Assembly: GCA_963755125.1 (NCBI GenBank)
Contig: CAVWIP010000010.1
Span: forward strand, 407,911 to 471,910
Length of the DNA stretch: 64,000 nt
Reading direction: 5' to 3'
From: an uncultured delta proteobacterium
Lineage (GTDB): Bacteria; Myxococcota_A; Polyangia; Fen-1088
The translations under genes were made by a program, and so were the position numbers. Below the pieces are notes generated by a model. That model saw only the letters and a list, made by a program, of their open reading frames with translations, searched no databases and was not told the DNA's origin. This document shows positions 7,350 to 17,800 of this stretch, piece by piece (position 1 is the first letter of the stretch; every line of letters begins with the position of its first letter).

Positions 7350-10142
7350 ATGATCTGTTGTAGGTTGACCGTTATGACTGTGCTGCTCACCACCACCGCA
7401 TTGTCCGCCCAGGCTGCACCCAACGGGGCGGCACCTGCCCCGCCTCCGGCCAAGACCGCGCCCGAGGAGGCCCCGGCTGTGCCCAAGAAGGTGACCACAG
7501 TGGAAGGAATCACCGAGTACCACCTGCCCAACGGGCTGCGCGTGCTGCTTTTTCCCGATCCCACCAAGCCGACCGTCCTGGTCAACGTGACCTATCTGGT
7601 GGGCTCGCGGGTCGAGGGTTATGGCGAGACCGGCATGGCCCACTTGCTCGAGCACATGCTGTTCAAGGGTACCCCTAGCCGGCCAGACATCTGGAAATTG
7701 CTGCAAGCCAAGGGTGCCAACTTCAACGGCAGCACCTGGTGGGATCGCACCAACTACTTCGAGGAGCTGCCCGCTTCGTCGGAGAGCCTGGAGTTCGCGC
7801 TGGCCCTGGAAGCCGACCGGATGATCCACAGCAGGATCGCGGCCGAGGATCTGGCCAAGGAGTTTTCGGTGGTGCGCAACGAGTTCGAGATGGGCGAAAA
7901 CAACCCGGCCAACGTGCTGGAAGAGAAGATGATGGCGATCGCCTTCCAGTGGCACAACTACGGCAAGTCGACCATTGGCTCGCGCAGCGACATCGAGCGC
8001 GTCCCGGTCGGCAGCCTGCGCACCTTCTATCGCAAATACTACCAGCCCGACAACGCCATCCTGATCATTGCCGGCAAGTTCGAGCCGGCTCAGGCATTGC
8101 AACTGGTGAGCAAGCACTTCGGTCCCATCCCGCGCCCGTCGCGCAGCCTGCAGCCCACCTGGACCGTAGAGCCGGTGCAGGACGGCGAGCGCCAGGTGAC
8201 CTTGCGCCGAACCGGCGACGTGGCGCTGGTGTCCCTCGTCTATCACGGCGTGGCGGGCGCTGACCCGGAGCGCATGACTGAGGACGCCATCGCCGACATT
8301 CTGACCAACAAGCCTAGCGGTCGTCTGTACAAGGCACTGGTGGACAAGGGCCTGGCCAGCGAGGTAAGCGGCAACGTCTACCCGATGGCCGAGCCGGGCG
8401 TGATCGTGCTGTCGGCCAAGGTGAGCGCAAGCGTGGCGCCGGAGAAGGTGCGCGACATCATGATCCGCACCGTCGAGGGCCTGGCCGGAAGCAAGGTGAC
8501 CAAGGAGGAAGTGGAGCGCTGGCGCGCGGGCTGGATGAAGGACTTCGACCTGGGTCTGACCGAGACGGCGCGCACCGGTGTCCTGCTGTCCGAGTATGCG
8601 GCCATGGGCGATTGGCGCCTGCTGTTCCTGGCACGCGACCGGGTCAAGACGGTGACTGCGCTGGACGTGGAACGCGTGGCGCGCGCCTATCTCAAGCAGT
8701 CCAACCGCACCCTGGGCCTGTTCCTGCCTGACAAGACGCCCGACCGCGCTCCGCTGGCGCAAACGCCCGATGTGGCAGCCCTGATCAAAGACTACAAGGG
8801 CAGCGCCGCCCTGGCCGAGGGTGAGGCGTTCCTCGCCACCGTCGAGAACGTGGAGACGCGAACCACCCGGACGGATTTGGCCGACGGCCTCAAACTGGCC
8901 TTCTTGCCCAAGAAGACCAAGGGCGGCTCGGTTCGCCTGGTACTGAACCTGCGCTTCGGCAGCGAGCAAGACATCAAGGGCAAGACTACGGCTGCGGCTG
9001 TGCTGCCCAACATGCTGATGCGCGGAACCAAGAAGCACAGCTTCCAGCAGATCAGGGACCAGCTCGATCAGCTTCGCGCCGAGGCGGATTTCGGCGGCGG
9101 CTATTCGTCTCCCGGCACGGTCAATGTCAGCCAAATGCGCGTGAAGACCACGCGCGAGAATCTGCCCGCGGTGCTGGATCTGGTGACCGAGATCCTGCGC
9201 GAGCCGGCGTTTGCCAAGAGTGAGCTGGAATCCCTGCGCAAGGAGATGCTGGCTCGCCTTGAGGAACAACTGCAGGATCCGCGCGCCAACGGCCAAGTGG
9301 TCCTGATGCAGAAGCTGTTCCCCTTTGCCAAGGACGACGTGCGCTACGTTCCCAGCGTGAAGGAGAGCATCGAGCGGTTGCGCAAGCTGCAGGCGCCCGA
9401 ACTGGCCCGCATGCACAAGGCGCTGTGGGGGATGAGCACCGCGCAGCTTGCCGTGGTGGGTGACTTCGACCCGGCCGCGGTCAAGGCGCAGCTCGAGAAG
9501 GATCTGGGTGCCTGGAAGTCGCCCAAGCCGTACCGGCGGATCGCGCTCGCGTACCGTGCCAACGCCGCAGCCGACGAAACCATCGACACCCCGGACAAAG
9601 AGATGGCCTTTGTCATCGCGGGCAGCACCTTGCCGGTGCGCGACGACGATGCGGCGTATCCCGCACTGACCATGATCAACTACATGCTGGGGGGCAGCCC
9701 GACCTCGCGCCTCTTCGATCGTCTGCGCCAGAAAGAGGGCCTGTCCTATGGTGCCGGCTCGCGCGTCTTCGCCCATCCCATCGACGTGAACGGGCACTTT
9801 CTGGCCTGGGCCATCTGCGCACCCCAGAACATGGACAAGAGCCTGGCGGCCATGAAGGAGGAGATCCGCAGGTTGGTCAAGGACGGGGTCAGCGAAAAAG
9901 AGCTGGACGAGGCCAAGAAGAGCTACGCCAAGAACTGGGACAGCCGCATGGCCGATGACGATTTCGTGTCGGCTGAGCTGGCGCAGGATCTCTTTCTGGG
10001 GCGCAGCTTCGCGTACTGGCGCGAGCTGAACGACAAGATCCAGAAGTTGACCCCAGGCGAGATCAATGCAGCAGCGCAGAAGTTCATCAAGCCCGATGCT
10101 CTGGTGATGGTGCGCGCGGGCGATCTGGCAAAGCGAAAATAG
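7350..10142 (+). CDS. Secreted M16 (pitrilysin/PqqL-like) zinc protease
   Basis: GMAHLLEHMLFKG inverted zinc motif, NGSTWWDRTNY, YYQPDNA and RQKEGLSYG. Confidence 0.93.
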   Translation: MICCRLTVMTVLLTTTALSAQAAPNGAAPAPPPAKTAPEEAPAVPKKVTTVEGITEYHLPNGLRVLLFPDPTKPTVLVNVTYLVGSRVEGYGETGMAHLLEHMLFKGTPSRPDIWKLLQAKGANFNGSTWWDRTNYFEELPASSESLEFALALEADRMIHSRIAAEDLAKEFSVVRNEFEMGENNPANVLEEKMMAIAFQWHNYGKSTIGSRSDIERVPVGSLRTFYRKYYQPDNAILIIAGKFEPAQALQLVSKHFGPIPRPSRSLQPTWTVEPVQDGERQVTLRRTGDVALVSLVYHGVAGADPERMTEDAIADILTNKPSGRLYKALVDKGLASEVSGNVYPMAEPGVIVLSAKVSASVAPEKVRDIMIRTVEGLAGSKVTKEEVERWRAGWMKDFDLGLTETARTGVLLSEYAAMGDWRLLFLARDRVKTVTALDVERVARAYLKQSNRTLGLFLPDKTPDRAPLAQTPDVAALIKDYKGSAALAEGEAFLATVENVETRTTRTDLADGLKLAFLPKKTKGGSVRLVLNLRFGSEQDIKGKTTAAAVLPNMLMRGTKKHSFQQIRDQLDQLRAEADFGGGYSSPGTVNVSQMRVKTTRENLPAVLDLVTEILREPAFAKSELESLRKEMLARLEEQLQDPRANGQVVLMQKLFPFAKDDVRYVPSVKESIERLRKLQAPELARMHKALWGMSTAQLAVVGDFDPAAVKAQLEKDLGAWKSPKPYRRIALAYRANAAADETIDTPDKEMAFVIAGSTLPVRDDDAAYPALTMINYMLGGSPTSRLFDRLRQKEGLSYGAGSRVFAHPIDVNGHFLAWAICAPQNMDKSLAAMKEEIRRLVKDGVSEKELDEAKKSYAKNWDSRMADDDFVSAELAQDLFLGRSFAYWRELNDKIQKLTPGEINAAAQKFIKPDALVMVRAGDLAKRK

Positions 10143-10240
10143 CCCGCGAGCCAGTACCACCAGGACGGGCCGGAACCAAAGGGGTGGCCCGCGCCGTGCT
10201 ATTCTCGTCTTCTCACTGTGTCTGCATCGAGCCTGCTGCA

Positions 10241-10954
10241 ATGACCGCACCGGTTGCAATCCTGGCGGGGGGACTCGCCACCCGACTTCGCCCCATCACC
10301 GAGACGATTCCCAAGTCGCTGGTGGACGTGTGCGGCGAGCCCTTCGTCTCCCACCAGCTCAGGATGCTGCAATCTCACGGAATCACCGATGTCGTACTGT
10401 GTGTGGGGTACCGAGGGGAACAGATCGAGCAGGTGGTCGGGGCTGGGTCCGCCTTCGGCTTGCGCGTGCGCTACGCCTTTGATGGCGAGCGGCTGCTGGG
10501 CACTGGCGGGGCGGTACGCCGCGCGCTCCACCTGCTGGGTGATGAGTTCTTCGTGCTCTACGGCGACTCGTACCTGGCTTGCGACTATCAGGCAGTGCTC
10601 AGCAGCTTCCGCGCGTCAGGGAAGCTGGCCCTGATGACGGTGTACCGGAACGACGGCCAGCATGACACAAGCAACGTGGAGTATGACGCCGGGACGATCC
10701 GGCGGTACGACAAATCCGAACGGTCTGCGGCGATGCACCACATCGACTACGGTCTGGGCGTGTTCCGCCGCATGGCTTTCGCGGACGTGCTGGATGGCGC
10801 CCATCTCGACCTGGCCAAGCTCTACCAAACCCTGCTGGCAGGAGGGCAACTGGCAGGCTATGAGTTAACTGAGCGATTCTATGAAATCGGTTCCGTCGCC
10901 GGCCTGCAGGAATTTCGCGCGTTGATGGAAAACAGGTGCGGGGCAAAGCCATGA
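10241..10954 (+). CDS. Sugar-1-phosphate nucleotidyltransferase (HddC-like)
   Basis: ILAGGLATRLRP...IPKSL, LGTGGA and LYGDSY. Confidence 0.88.
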   Translation: MTAPVAILAGGLATRLRPITETIPKSLVDVCGEPFVSHQLRMLQSHGITDVVLCVGYRGEQIEQVVGAGSAFGLRVRYAFDGERLLGTGGAVRRALHLLGDEFFVLYGDSYLACDYQAVLSSFRASGKLALMTVYRNDGQHDTSNVEYDAGTIRRYDKSERSAAMHHIDYGLGVFRRMAFADVLDGAHLDLAKLYQTLLAGGQLAGYELTERFYEIGSVAGLQEFRALMENRCGAKP

Positions 10955-11547
10955 CATTCACCGAGCAGTTTCTCGACGAGGCTGCGGCCGTCGTTCGTGA
11001 TCTCGATCGATCGGCGATCGAAGGGTTGGTGGAGGCGCTCGCCTCGACCCGCGCGCGGGGGGGAAGGCTGTTCATCCTGGGCGTGGGTGGCAGCGCGGCC
11101 AATGCCTCGCATGCCGTCAATGACTTCCGCAAGCTGGCCGGGATGGAAGCCTACGCGCCCACCGACAACGTGAGCGAGTTGACGGCCCGGACCAACGACG
11201 AGGGCTGGGCGAGCGTGTTTGCGGCTTGGCTGCGCACCAGCCGGCTGCGAGCAGCCGATATGATCCTGGTGTTCTCGGTGGGCGGCGGGGATCTCGACAA
11301 GAACGTGAGCCCGAATCTGGTGGTGGCCCTGGAGTACGCCAGGCAAGTCGGCGCGACCGTGGGAGGCATAGTCGGCCGCGATGGCGGCTACACGGCCAAG
11401 GTGGCGGATGCGTGCGTGGTGGTTCCGACGGTGAACACCGCCCACGTCACGCCCCACACCGAGGCGTTTCAAGCGGTGGTCTGGCACCTCCTGGTTTCGC
11501 ATCCGAAGCTGAAAGCAGCAGGCACCAAGTGGGAAGGCCTGCGATGA
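10951..11547 (+). CDS. SIS-domain phosphoheptose isomerase (GmhA-like)
   Basis: GVGGSAANASH, TARTNDEG, FSVGGG and HTEAFQ; ATGA overlap with the upstream gene. Confidence 0.85.
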   Translation: MTFTEQFLDEAAAVVRDLDRSAIEGLVEALASTRARGGRLFILGVGGSAANASHAVNDFRKLAGMEAYAPTDNVSELTARTNDEGWASVFAAWLRTSRLRAADMILVFSVGGGDLDKNVSPNLVVALEYARQVGATVGGIVGRDGGYTAKVADACVVVPTVNTAHVTPHTEAFQAVVWHLLVSHPKLKAAGTKWEGLR

Positions 11548-12086
11548 CGGGGCGGGCGGCGTTGTTCTTGGACCGGGACGGCGTGGTGTGCCGGGCCGTG
11601 GTTCGCGGCGGCAAGCCGTTTCCCGCGCGATCGGTTCAGGAACTCGACATCTTGCCGGGGGTCAGGGAGGCGCTGCAGAGAGCCGGAGCCCAGAAACTGG
11701 TCCGCATCATCGTCACCAACCAGCCCGACGTTGCGCGCGGAACGCTGGCGCGGGACGTGGTCGAAGCCATGCACGATCGGCTGCGGGCCGAGCTGGAGAT
11801 CGATGACGTGCTGGTGTGCTGGCATGACGACGCCGACGGATGCGCGTGTCGCAAACCGAAGCCTGGATTGCTGCTGGAAGGTGCTGGCCGGCACGGGGTG
11901 AATCTGGCAAGGAGCTTCATGGTTGGAGACAGGTGGCGCGACGTGGAAGCCGGCGTACGGGCGGGGTGTCGAACCGTGTGGATCGATTGCGGCTATGATG
12001 AGCAAGCTCCGCTCACGGCGCCGGACCACCGGTGTCACAGCCTGGCGGAAGCCGTGGAGTGGATAGGCGCACGCGTTCAAAGGTGA
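11544..12086 (+). CDS. HAD-IIIA heptose-1,7-bisphosphate phosphatase (GmhB-like)
   Basis: FLDRDGV, VTNQ, C.CRKPKPG and MVGDRWRD. Confidence 0.9.
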   Translation: MTGRAALFLDRDGVVCRAVVRGGKPFPARSVQELDILPGVREALQRAGAQKLVRIIVTNQPDVARGTLARDVVEAMHDRLRAELEIDDVLVCWHDDADGCACRKPKPGLLLEGAGRHGVNLARSFMVGDRWRDVEAGVRAGCRTVWIDCGYDEQAPLTAPDHRCHSLAEAVEWIGARVQR

Positions 12087-12091
12087 CTGAC

Positions 12092-12814
12092 ATGCAACCG
12101 AACTTGGATTCCCTGCGAATCAAGATCTTCGCTGACGGGGCCGACCGGAAGGCGATGGTGGAGCTTTACTGCAATCCACGCATCAAGGGATTCACCACCA
12201 ATCCCACGCTGATGCGCAAGGATGGAGTGAGCGATTACGAGCGCTTCGCTCGGGAAGTTTTGGAGGCGATCCGCGATCGGCCCATCTCGTTCGAGGTGCT
12301 GTCCGACGACCTGGACGAGATGGAACGTCAGGCGCGCAAGATCGTGTCCTGGGGCTCAAACGCGAACGTGAAGATCCCCATCACCAACACCCGGCGAGTC
12401 TCTTCGGTTCCCCTCATCCGGCGTCTGGCGCGCGACGGAGTCAAGCTGAACGTCACGGGTCTGACCACGCTCGATCAGGTGACTGCCGCGGGCGAGGCCT
12501 TGGCCGAGGGAAGCACCTTCTCCATCGTGTCGGTCTTTGGTGGCCGCATCGCGGACACGGGAAGGGATCCGGTTCCCATGATGGCCACGGCCGTGCAAAC
12601 CCTTCGGCCCCTGGCTCACGTCGAGTTGCTTTGGGCCAGCCCACGCGAGTTGCTCAACATCTTTCAGGCGGACGCCGTCGGCTGTCACATCATCACAGTC
12701 ACGGCCGACATACTCAAGAAGCTACCGCTGGTGGGCAAGGATCTGGACCAGTACTCGCTGGAAACCGTTCAGATGTTTCGCGATGACGCCGTGAAGGCCG
12801 GCTACGTCCTGTAG
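12092..12814 (+). CDS. Short transaldolase (TalC/FSA-type)
   Basis: GFTTNPTL, ISFEV, Schiff-base Lys in NVKIP, SVFGGRIAD and LWASPRE. Confidence 0.9.
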   Translation: MQPNLDSLRIKIFADGADRKAMVELYCNPRIKGFTTNPTLMRKDGVSDYERFAREVLEAIRDRPISFEVLSDDLDEMERQARKIVSWGSNANVKIPITNTRRVSSVPLIRRLARDGVKLNVTGLTTLDQVTAAGEALAEGSTFSIVSVFGGRIADTGRDPVPMMATAVQTLRPLAHVELLWASPRELLNIFQADAVGCHIITVTADILKKLPLVGKDLDQYSLETVQMFRDDAVKAGYVL

Positions 12815-12882
12815 GGGACAGCCGCACGGCCCTGCGCTCGCTTGGTTTGATTTCGTGTCCAGACCAAAGAAGTCTGGCGTGG

Positions 12883-12924
12883 AAAAAAAGAAGCCGAGGA
12901 GTGGGATGCGATCCACTCCTCGGC
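12883..12924 (-). terminator. Rho-independent terminator for the minus-strand CAZyme genes
   Basis: Stem GCCGAGGAGTGG/CCACTCCTCGGC followed on the minus strand by TTCTTTTTTT. Confidence 0.85.
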
Positions 12925-12985
12925 CCGCCCGGAACAGATCGGGCGACAAATCAGGTGATGGATCTCGTGAGCCAGCTTCCCATGT

Positions 12986-14605
12986 TTACTGCAGGACTCG
13001 GACGAGCGCCGCGCTCGCAGCTGGGACATACACTGAAACGGTGTTTCCCGAGACCGTCTGAGTGTAGGGTGCATTGCTAGGCCAATCGCCCGCCACCGAA
13101 ACCTGGGCGCCGGCAAGGGCCACGTTCCCTGCCCCTACCGTCAAGTTGCCGGCAGGCGTCCCCGCCAGATAGATCGCGCTCGCGCTACTCACTGCGGATC
13201 CTAGATCCACAGTCGCGCTGACTCCACTCGAGGCGTTCCTGTTGTTGAGCACCACGCTGGTGGATCCGCCCGCCTGGATGGCCCACGCCGTGAAGAACTG
13301 GGCGCTCGTGGTGACAGTCGTGGAAATCATCGGGCCGGTGCCGGCTTGGGTGAAGAGGAGCATACCGTAGTATTCCGGCTGTACCTGCACCACGACGCCG
13401 CCACTCTCCTTGACCGGTTCATAGTAGAAGGGAACCGTTCCATCCATTCCATTCTCGCTGCCGTGGAAATTGACGCCGCTGAAGCCACGCTTGGCAGCCT
13501 CGAACATGTAATCGATCGCCCAGAGAGCCGAGATGAGCGTGTCGCTTACCCCCTGCTGACCGTGACCGGAGCAGGTGTTGTTCTCGTCCATGCGCCAGCC
13601 TGAGATGTTGTCCTGTATCGCTGCAGCCTGGATCGTATCAAAGATGTTGGTAAGTGTGGTCGTTGTTATCTGGAGGTTGGGCACTGAGCAGTTCGACGTA
13701 TTGGCCGCGGCAACGTAGGAGTGCTGCGAGAAAAGGGTCAAACTGCCCGGATATTGCGCCGTTATGGTGTTAGCAAATGGTACAGCGTACGTTACGTCAG
13801 CCTTGGTGGTGCAGGCCGGGCCAACCAACAGAGCGCCTGTGGCGGTGATGGCATCGGCAAAGCTTTCGTAGGAGGTTGTTTGGTTGGCCCAGGTATCAAA
13901 TTTGTCGGGCTCGTTGCCGATCTCGATTCCCACGATGCTCGACGGACACGTGCTCATGACATAGGCCGTCTCTTCTGAGGAGAGGGTCACGTTGCCCAAC
14001 TGGAAATTGACGCCATAGATAGCCTTGCTTCCCGTTGCAGCCAGAAAGCCGCACAGTTGGTCCACTCCGCCGGTCGTGATCTTTGTGGTGAACGGCTGCC
14101 CATTCGGCTGCGAAGGTGCGGGCCCTGTGCCAGCCCAGGTGCAGCGTTCGACGTCGTTGGCTCCAACCCGCACCATGGGAGAACCAAGAAGCTTGTAGAG
14201 CCCAATCATGTTGGTGTTGTTGCTGGTGAGCGAGCCATTCATGATGTGCGTCTTCTCGTAGCTGAACCCGGTGAAGTCAGCACCGATCGTCCCTAGCGTG
14301 GTGCTGGGGTCCACCGTCACTGTGGCCGGGGTCCCCGTGCCGGTAGGACCGCCGGGGCCCCATCCTGTCGTCGCGGCTGAGGTCCCGCCCGCGCTGGTGG
14401 AAGATCCGCCTGCGCTGGTCGTGGTCCCGCCCGCGGCGCCGGAGGTGCCGCCGGCAGTGGTCGCGCTTCCGCCCGTGCCGTTCCCGCCAGTTGCTCCCCC
14501 TGGGCTGGCACCCGAGCCACACCCGGCCGTGAAGGCTGCGCCGAGCAGCACCGAGCCCGCGAGGCGATAGAGAAAGACGGTCGATGATCGGCTCCTGCTG
14601 TTCAT
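12986..14605 (-). CDS. Lipoprotein, GH79-like (clan GH-A) glycoside hydrolase
   Basis: Lipobox FTAGC, G/T/S linker, RVGAN, EIGNEPD acid/base, MDENNTC...GVSDTLISALWAIDYM and PEYYGML. Confidence 0.82.
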   Translation of the reverse strand: MNSRSRSSTVFLYRLAGSVLLGAAFTAGCGSGASPGGATGGNGTGGSATTAGGTSGAAGGTTTSAGGSSTSAGGTSAATTGWGPGGPTGTGTPATVTVDPSTTLGTIGADFTGFSYEKTHIMNGSLTSNNTNMIGLYKLLGSPMVRVGANDVERCTWAGTGPAPSQPNGQPFTTKITTGGVDQLCGFLAATGSKAIYGVNFQLGNVTLSSEETAYVMSTCPSSIVGIEIGNEPDKFDTWANQTTSYESFADAITATGALLVGPACTTKADVTYAVPFANTITAQYPGSLTLFSQHSYVAAANTSNCSVPNLQITTTTLTNIFDTIQAAAIQDNISGWRMDENNTCSGHGQQGVSDTLISALWAIDYMFEAAKRGFSGVNFHGSENGMDGTVPFYYEPVKESGGVVVQVQPEYYGMLLFTQAGTGPMISTTVTTSAQFFTAWAIQAGGSTSVVLNNRNASSGVSATVDLGSAVSSASAIYLAGTPAGNLTVGAGNVALAGAQVSVAGDWPSNAPYTQTVSGNTVSVYVPAASAALVRVLQ

Positions 14606-14872
14606 GAGAATCTCCTTACGATGGGTGGGGGCAGAGAGGACAACGCGACCGATGCCTCGTCACCCAGTTGAACCTTCCGTAGTTGACACATTTTCCTACG
14701 CGATCCCGCTAGTGGCCAGAATAACCAACCGGGCGGGCGTGGACGAGTTAGAGCGAAAGCATGATGCATCGTGAACCTTGACGTGCACAAACCACCGACG
14801 ACCTCGACTGTGAGGCCATCGGCGGCGTTGGCACGCGCTGTGGATTAGCGACCGTACGACTTTACCGGAAGG

Positions 14873-17800
14873 CTATTGGGCGAGCAGCCCGTTCACGACC
14901 GGCACAGCCACGGACGTCACCGTCGCGGTAGCTTGAGTTAGGCCGGGGCTGGTGGCGGTTAGCGTGATAGTCCCGGGGGTCATCTGCGAACGAATGAAGA
15001 CTCGATTGATTCCGCCCTCGGTGTACAGGTAGAGGTTGTTGGTCGAATTGGTCATGCTTTCGTTGACCCCGCCGCGCCAGGTTCCGGGACCGGTCACGGC
15101 GAAAGTAATCTTGGGCTCGTTGACTGGTGTGTTGTCCGTTGCCTTGGTGGTGGGGCCGTAGGTGGGAACCCGCTCTCCGTTCGCATCCACGACCTCGACG
15201 TCGAACATGGCCACGTCCGCGCCGTTGGCCAGGAACCCGCCGGGAGCAGTGTAGGGCGTGAGCTTGATGGCGGCGGCCGGCCCAGCCGTGGTCAGCGTGT
15301 GCTGGCAAACCTGCTTGCCGGTGGCGTCGTACCCCACAGCCTGGACGGTGCCCGAGGCGAAAGCGACGTTCGCCCAACTATACTGATATCCATTGGTGGT
15401 TTTGGTCACCTTCCCTTGTGACGTGCCGTTGACCAGCAGGTCCACCGACGAGACGTTGTTGGCCACTACGTACATGGTCTTCTTCGTTCCCGCCGGATAG
15501 GTCCAGTGCCCGATGATGTGTATGTCAGGCTGCGTGTTGCCAACGACACGGAACGCGTAGTAGATTTCTTTTGGCAGCCGCACCGCGTCAACCTTGCCGC
15601 CCACGCGACAGACACAACTGCTGTCCTCACGTCCGTCGGCATTCTCGTCCGCGAAGTAGATTGAGGCGTAACCTGCGTAGAAAGAATTCGTGGCATCCGT
15701 GTTGCGGATGGTTTCAACATTCAGCCAGTCGTTGAGCCGGGCCACTTGCCCCGAGTCGTCCGCAGTACCATCGCCTATCGCGAAGACCTCGGAAGTCTCG
15801 TTATACGTGTCCAGCGGCCCTGGTATGAAGCCGCCAACGTGCGGGGGCGAGTACTGGTCCCAGATTCCGCGCAAGGACTCATCGCGGAAATCTTCTTCTT
15901 CGATGCAGGGACCCTTATCCCGGAACCCAGTGGAGCAGCCTCGGAAGATCGCACTGGTGGGGGGACTTCCATTGTAGGCGACCATTGTGCCATACCAATC
16001 GGCATAGGGTTCGGCTCCTACGTCTGGCGTGTCGCGGTCACCAACACCGCGGCCACCGTTCGGATCCAGGGTGTTTCTGAGAGTCTGTAGCGCCTGCAAC
16101 TGGGTATCGGAAACACTGCCATTGCCCGCCTCATACATGAAAGCGCTCGGATTGTTCCGCACGTAGATCATGCTGGACTGAAAAACGCCCATCCTCGCCG
16201 TCCACTGGGCATCCGTCGGATCGGTCACCTCCTTGTCGGCACCCGGCACAATGCTGATTATGCCGTACTTGTCACCTGATCTGAGGTCTGCGATCTGGGT
16301 CGTGACGTGCATCCAGCGAATGTAGTTGGCGTTGGCACCCCGGATCAGATTGGCGTGGAAGTCGTGCATCCAGTCCGGTACCGCCTGGCCGAGGCCTGCC
16401 CATGAGTTGGTCGTGCGTTGGGCGAATCCAAGAAGATAGACAAACCGACCATTGACGTAAACTCCGCCCGTACCTGCACCTCCCTTGAATTGAACCTGGC
16501 GGAAACCCGTGAGCGTGCTTCTGCCATTGACCACGGTCCCGCCCACAGTGATCGTCGTTTGGACATTGTAGAGATTCGGATACAAGTCACTCCACAGCTT
16601 CGCTCCCGTCAACGGCCCGCTCGCCGTGAGTATTGTGGTTCCAGTCGTCGGCAGGGACGTTGCAGTTCCTGAGAATGAGGTCAGCGTCGTGCCTGTGGCT
16701 GCGTCGACGACTTTGACGTTTAGTGTCGCACTCGCCGCGCTGCCCGATTCGTTGCTCACCTCGGATTCCACGTTCAGCGTCAGATCGCCCGTGTCACCCT
16801 GCGCGGTGTTGTTGGTGATATTGGCGTAGCCAGTGCCGTAGATGTAAATGCCCTGCGTTTGCAGGTTCTGGTAGAGCGGATAGGTCTGATAAATCTTGCC
16901 CGGCACGTGCAGCCAGACATGCCCTGTCAATCCGCCGTAATCCGGGTAGGTGGCATTCGCGTTCCAATACTCGCCGCCCCCGCCGTTGTCGACGGCAACC
17001 GCGAGAACGTTGTCGGTGGTCCCGTCAGCTTTGACATTCGCGGTGATATCGATGCCGACTGGTGAGACACCGTCGCTGAAGGTTCCGACCTGTGTTCCGT
17101 TGATATAGAAGGTGGCACTTTCCCGAACCCGTTCGAACTCGACGATGAACTTGTTGCCAGCGAATGTGGCGGGAACCGTGAAATGCTTGCGGTACCACGC
17201 CGGTCCGGCGTACATACCGTGGTCTCCGCCGCTGTGGTCGATGAGAACTCTGTAAGAATCGACGTCGTTGTAGGTGTGAGGCGTGCTGACCGAAGTCCAA
17301 CCAGTCTCGGTGAAGGTTGTAGCCTGGGCCCCGCTTACGTCCTGCTTGATGAACATCCAGCCCGGGTCCATGCTGTACTCGGCTTCGCTCGGAGGAACAG
17401 GGCTGCCGCCGGTGTTGATGCCCCCGATGGGTGTGCCGCCAGTGGCCACGCCACCTGTGGGCGAGCCACCGGAAACTGTGCCGCCGCTGGCTCGGCCAGC
17501 GCTGCCGCCAGCAGGGCTCCCACCAGAAGCCGAACTACCGGCTCGTCCACCGGCCGGGCCGCCGCCAGCAACCGTGCCAGCACCAGGCTGACTGCTTTGG
17601 CCACCGCCTGGGTTGCCAGCGCCGGGCTGACTGGTCTGACCGCCAGCAACCGTGCCCCCGCCGGGCTGACTGGTCTGCCCGCCACCTGGGCTGCCAGCGC
17701 CGGGCTGACTGGTCTGCCCGCCACCTGGGCTGCCAGCGCCGGGCTGACTGGTCTGCCCGCCGGCCGGGCTGCCGGCGCCGGGCTGACTGGTATGCCCGCC

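Noticed and set aside
7254..10259. 1001-aa antisense ORF, and similar long shadow ORFs such as 38280-39890, 31882-32922, 36177-37355, 59692-60966 and 62756-63946
   Set aside because: They lie opposite clear genes and have no motifs. They are expected from GC-rich codon bias, which depletes antisense stops.
12815..12843. Possible further remnants of the palindromic repeat here and at about 42607-42645
   Set aside because: Only about 10-15 nt of patchy similarity in GC-rich DNA, which cannot be distinguished from chance by eye.
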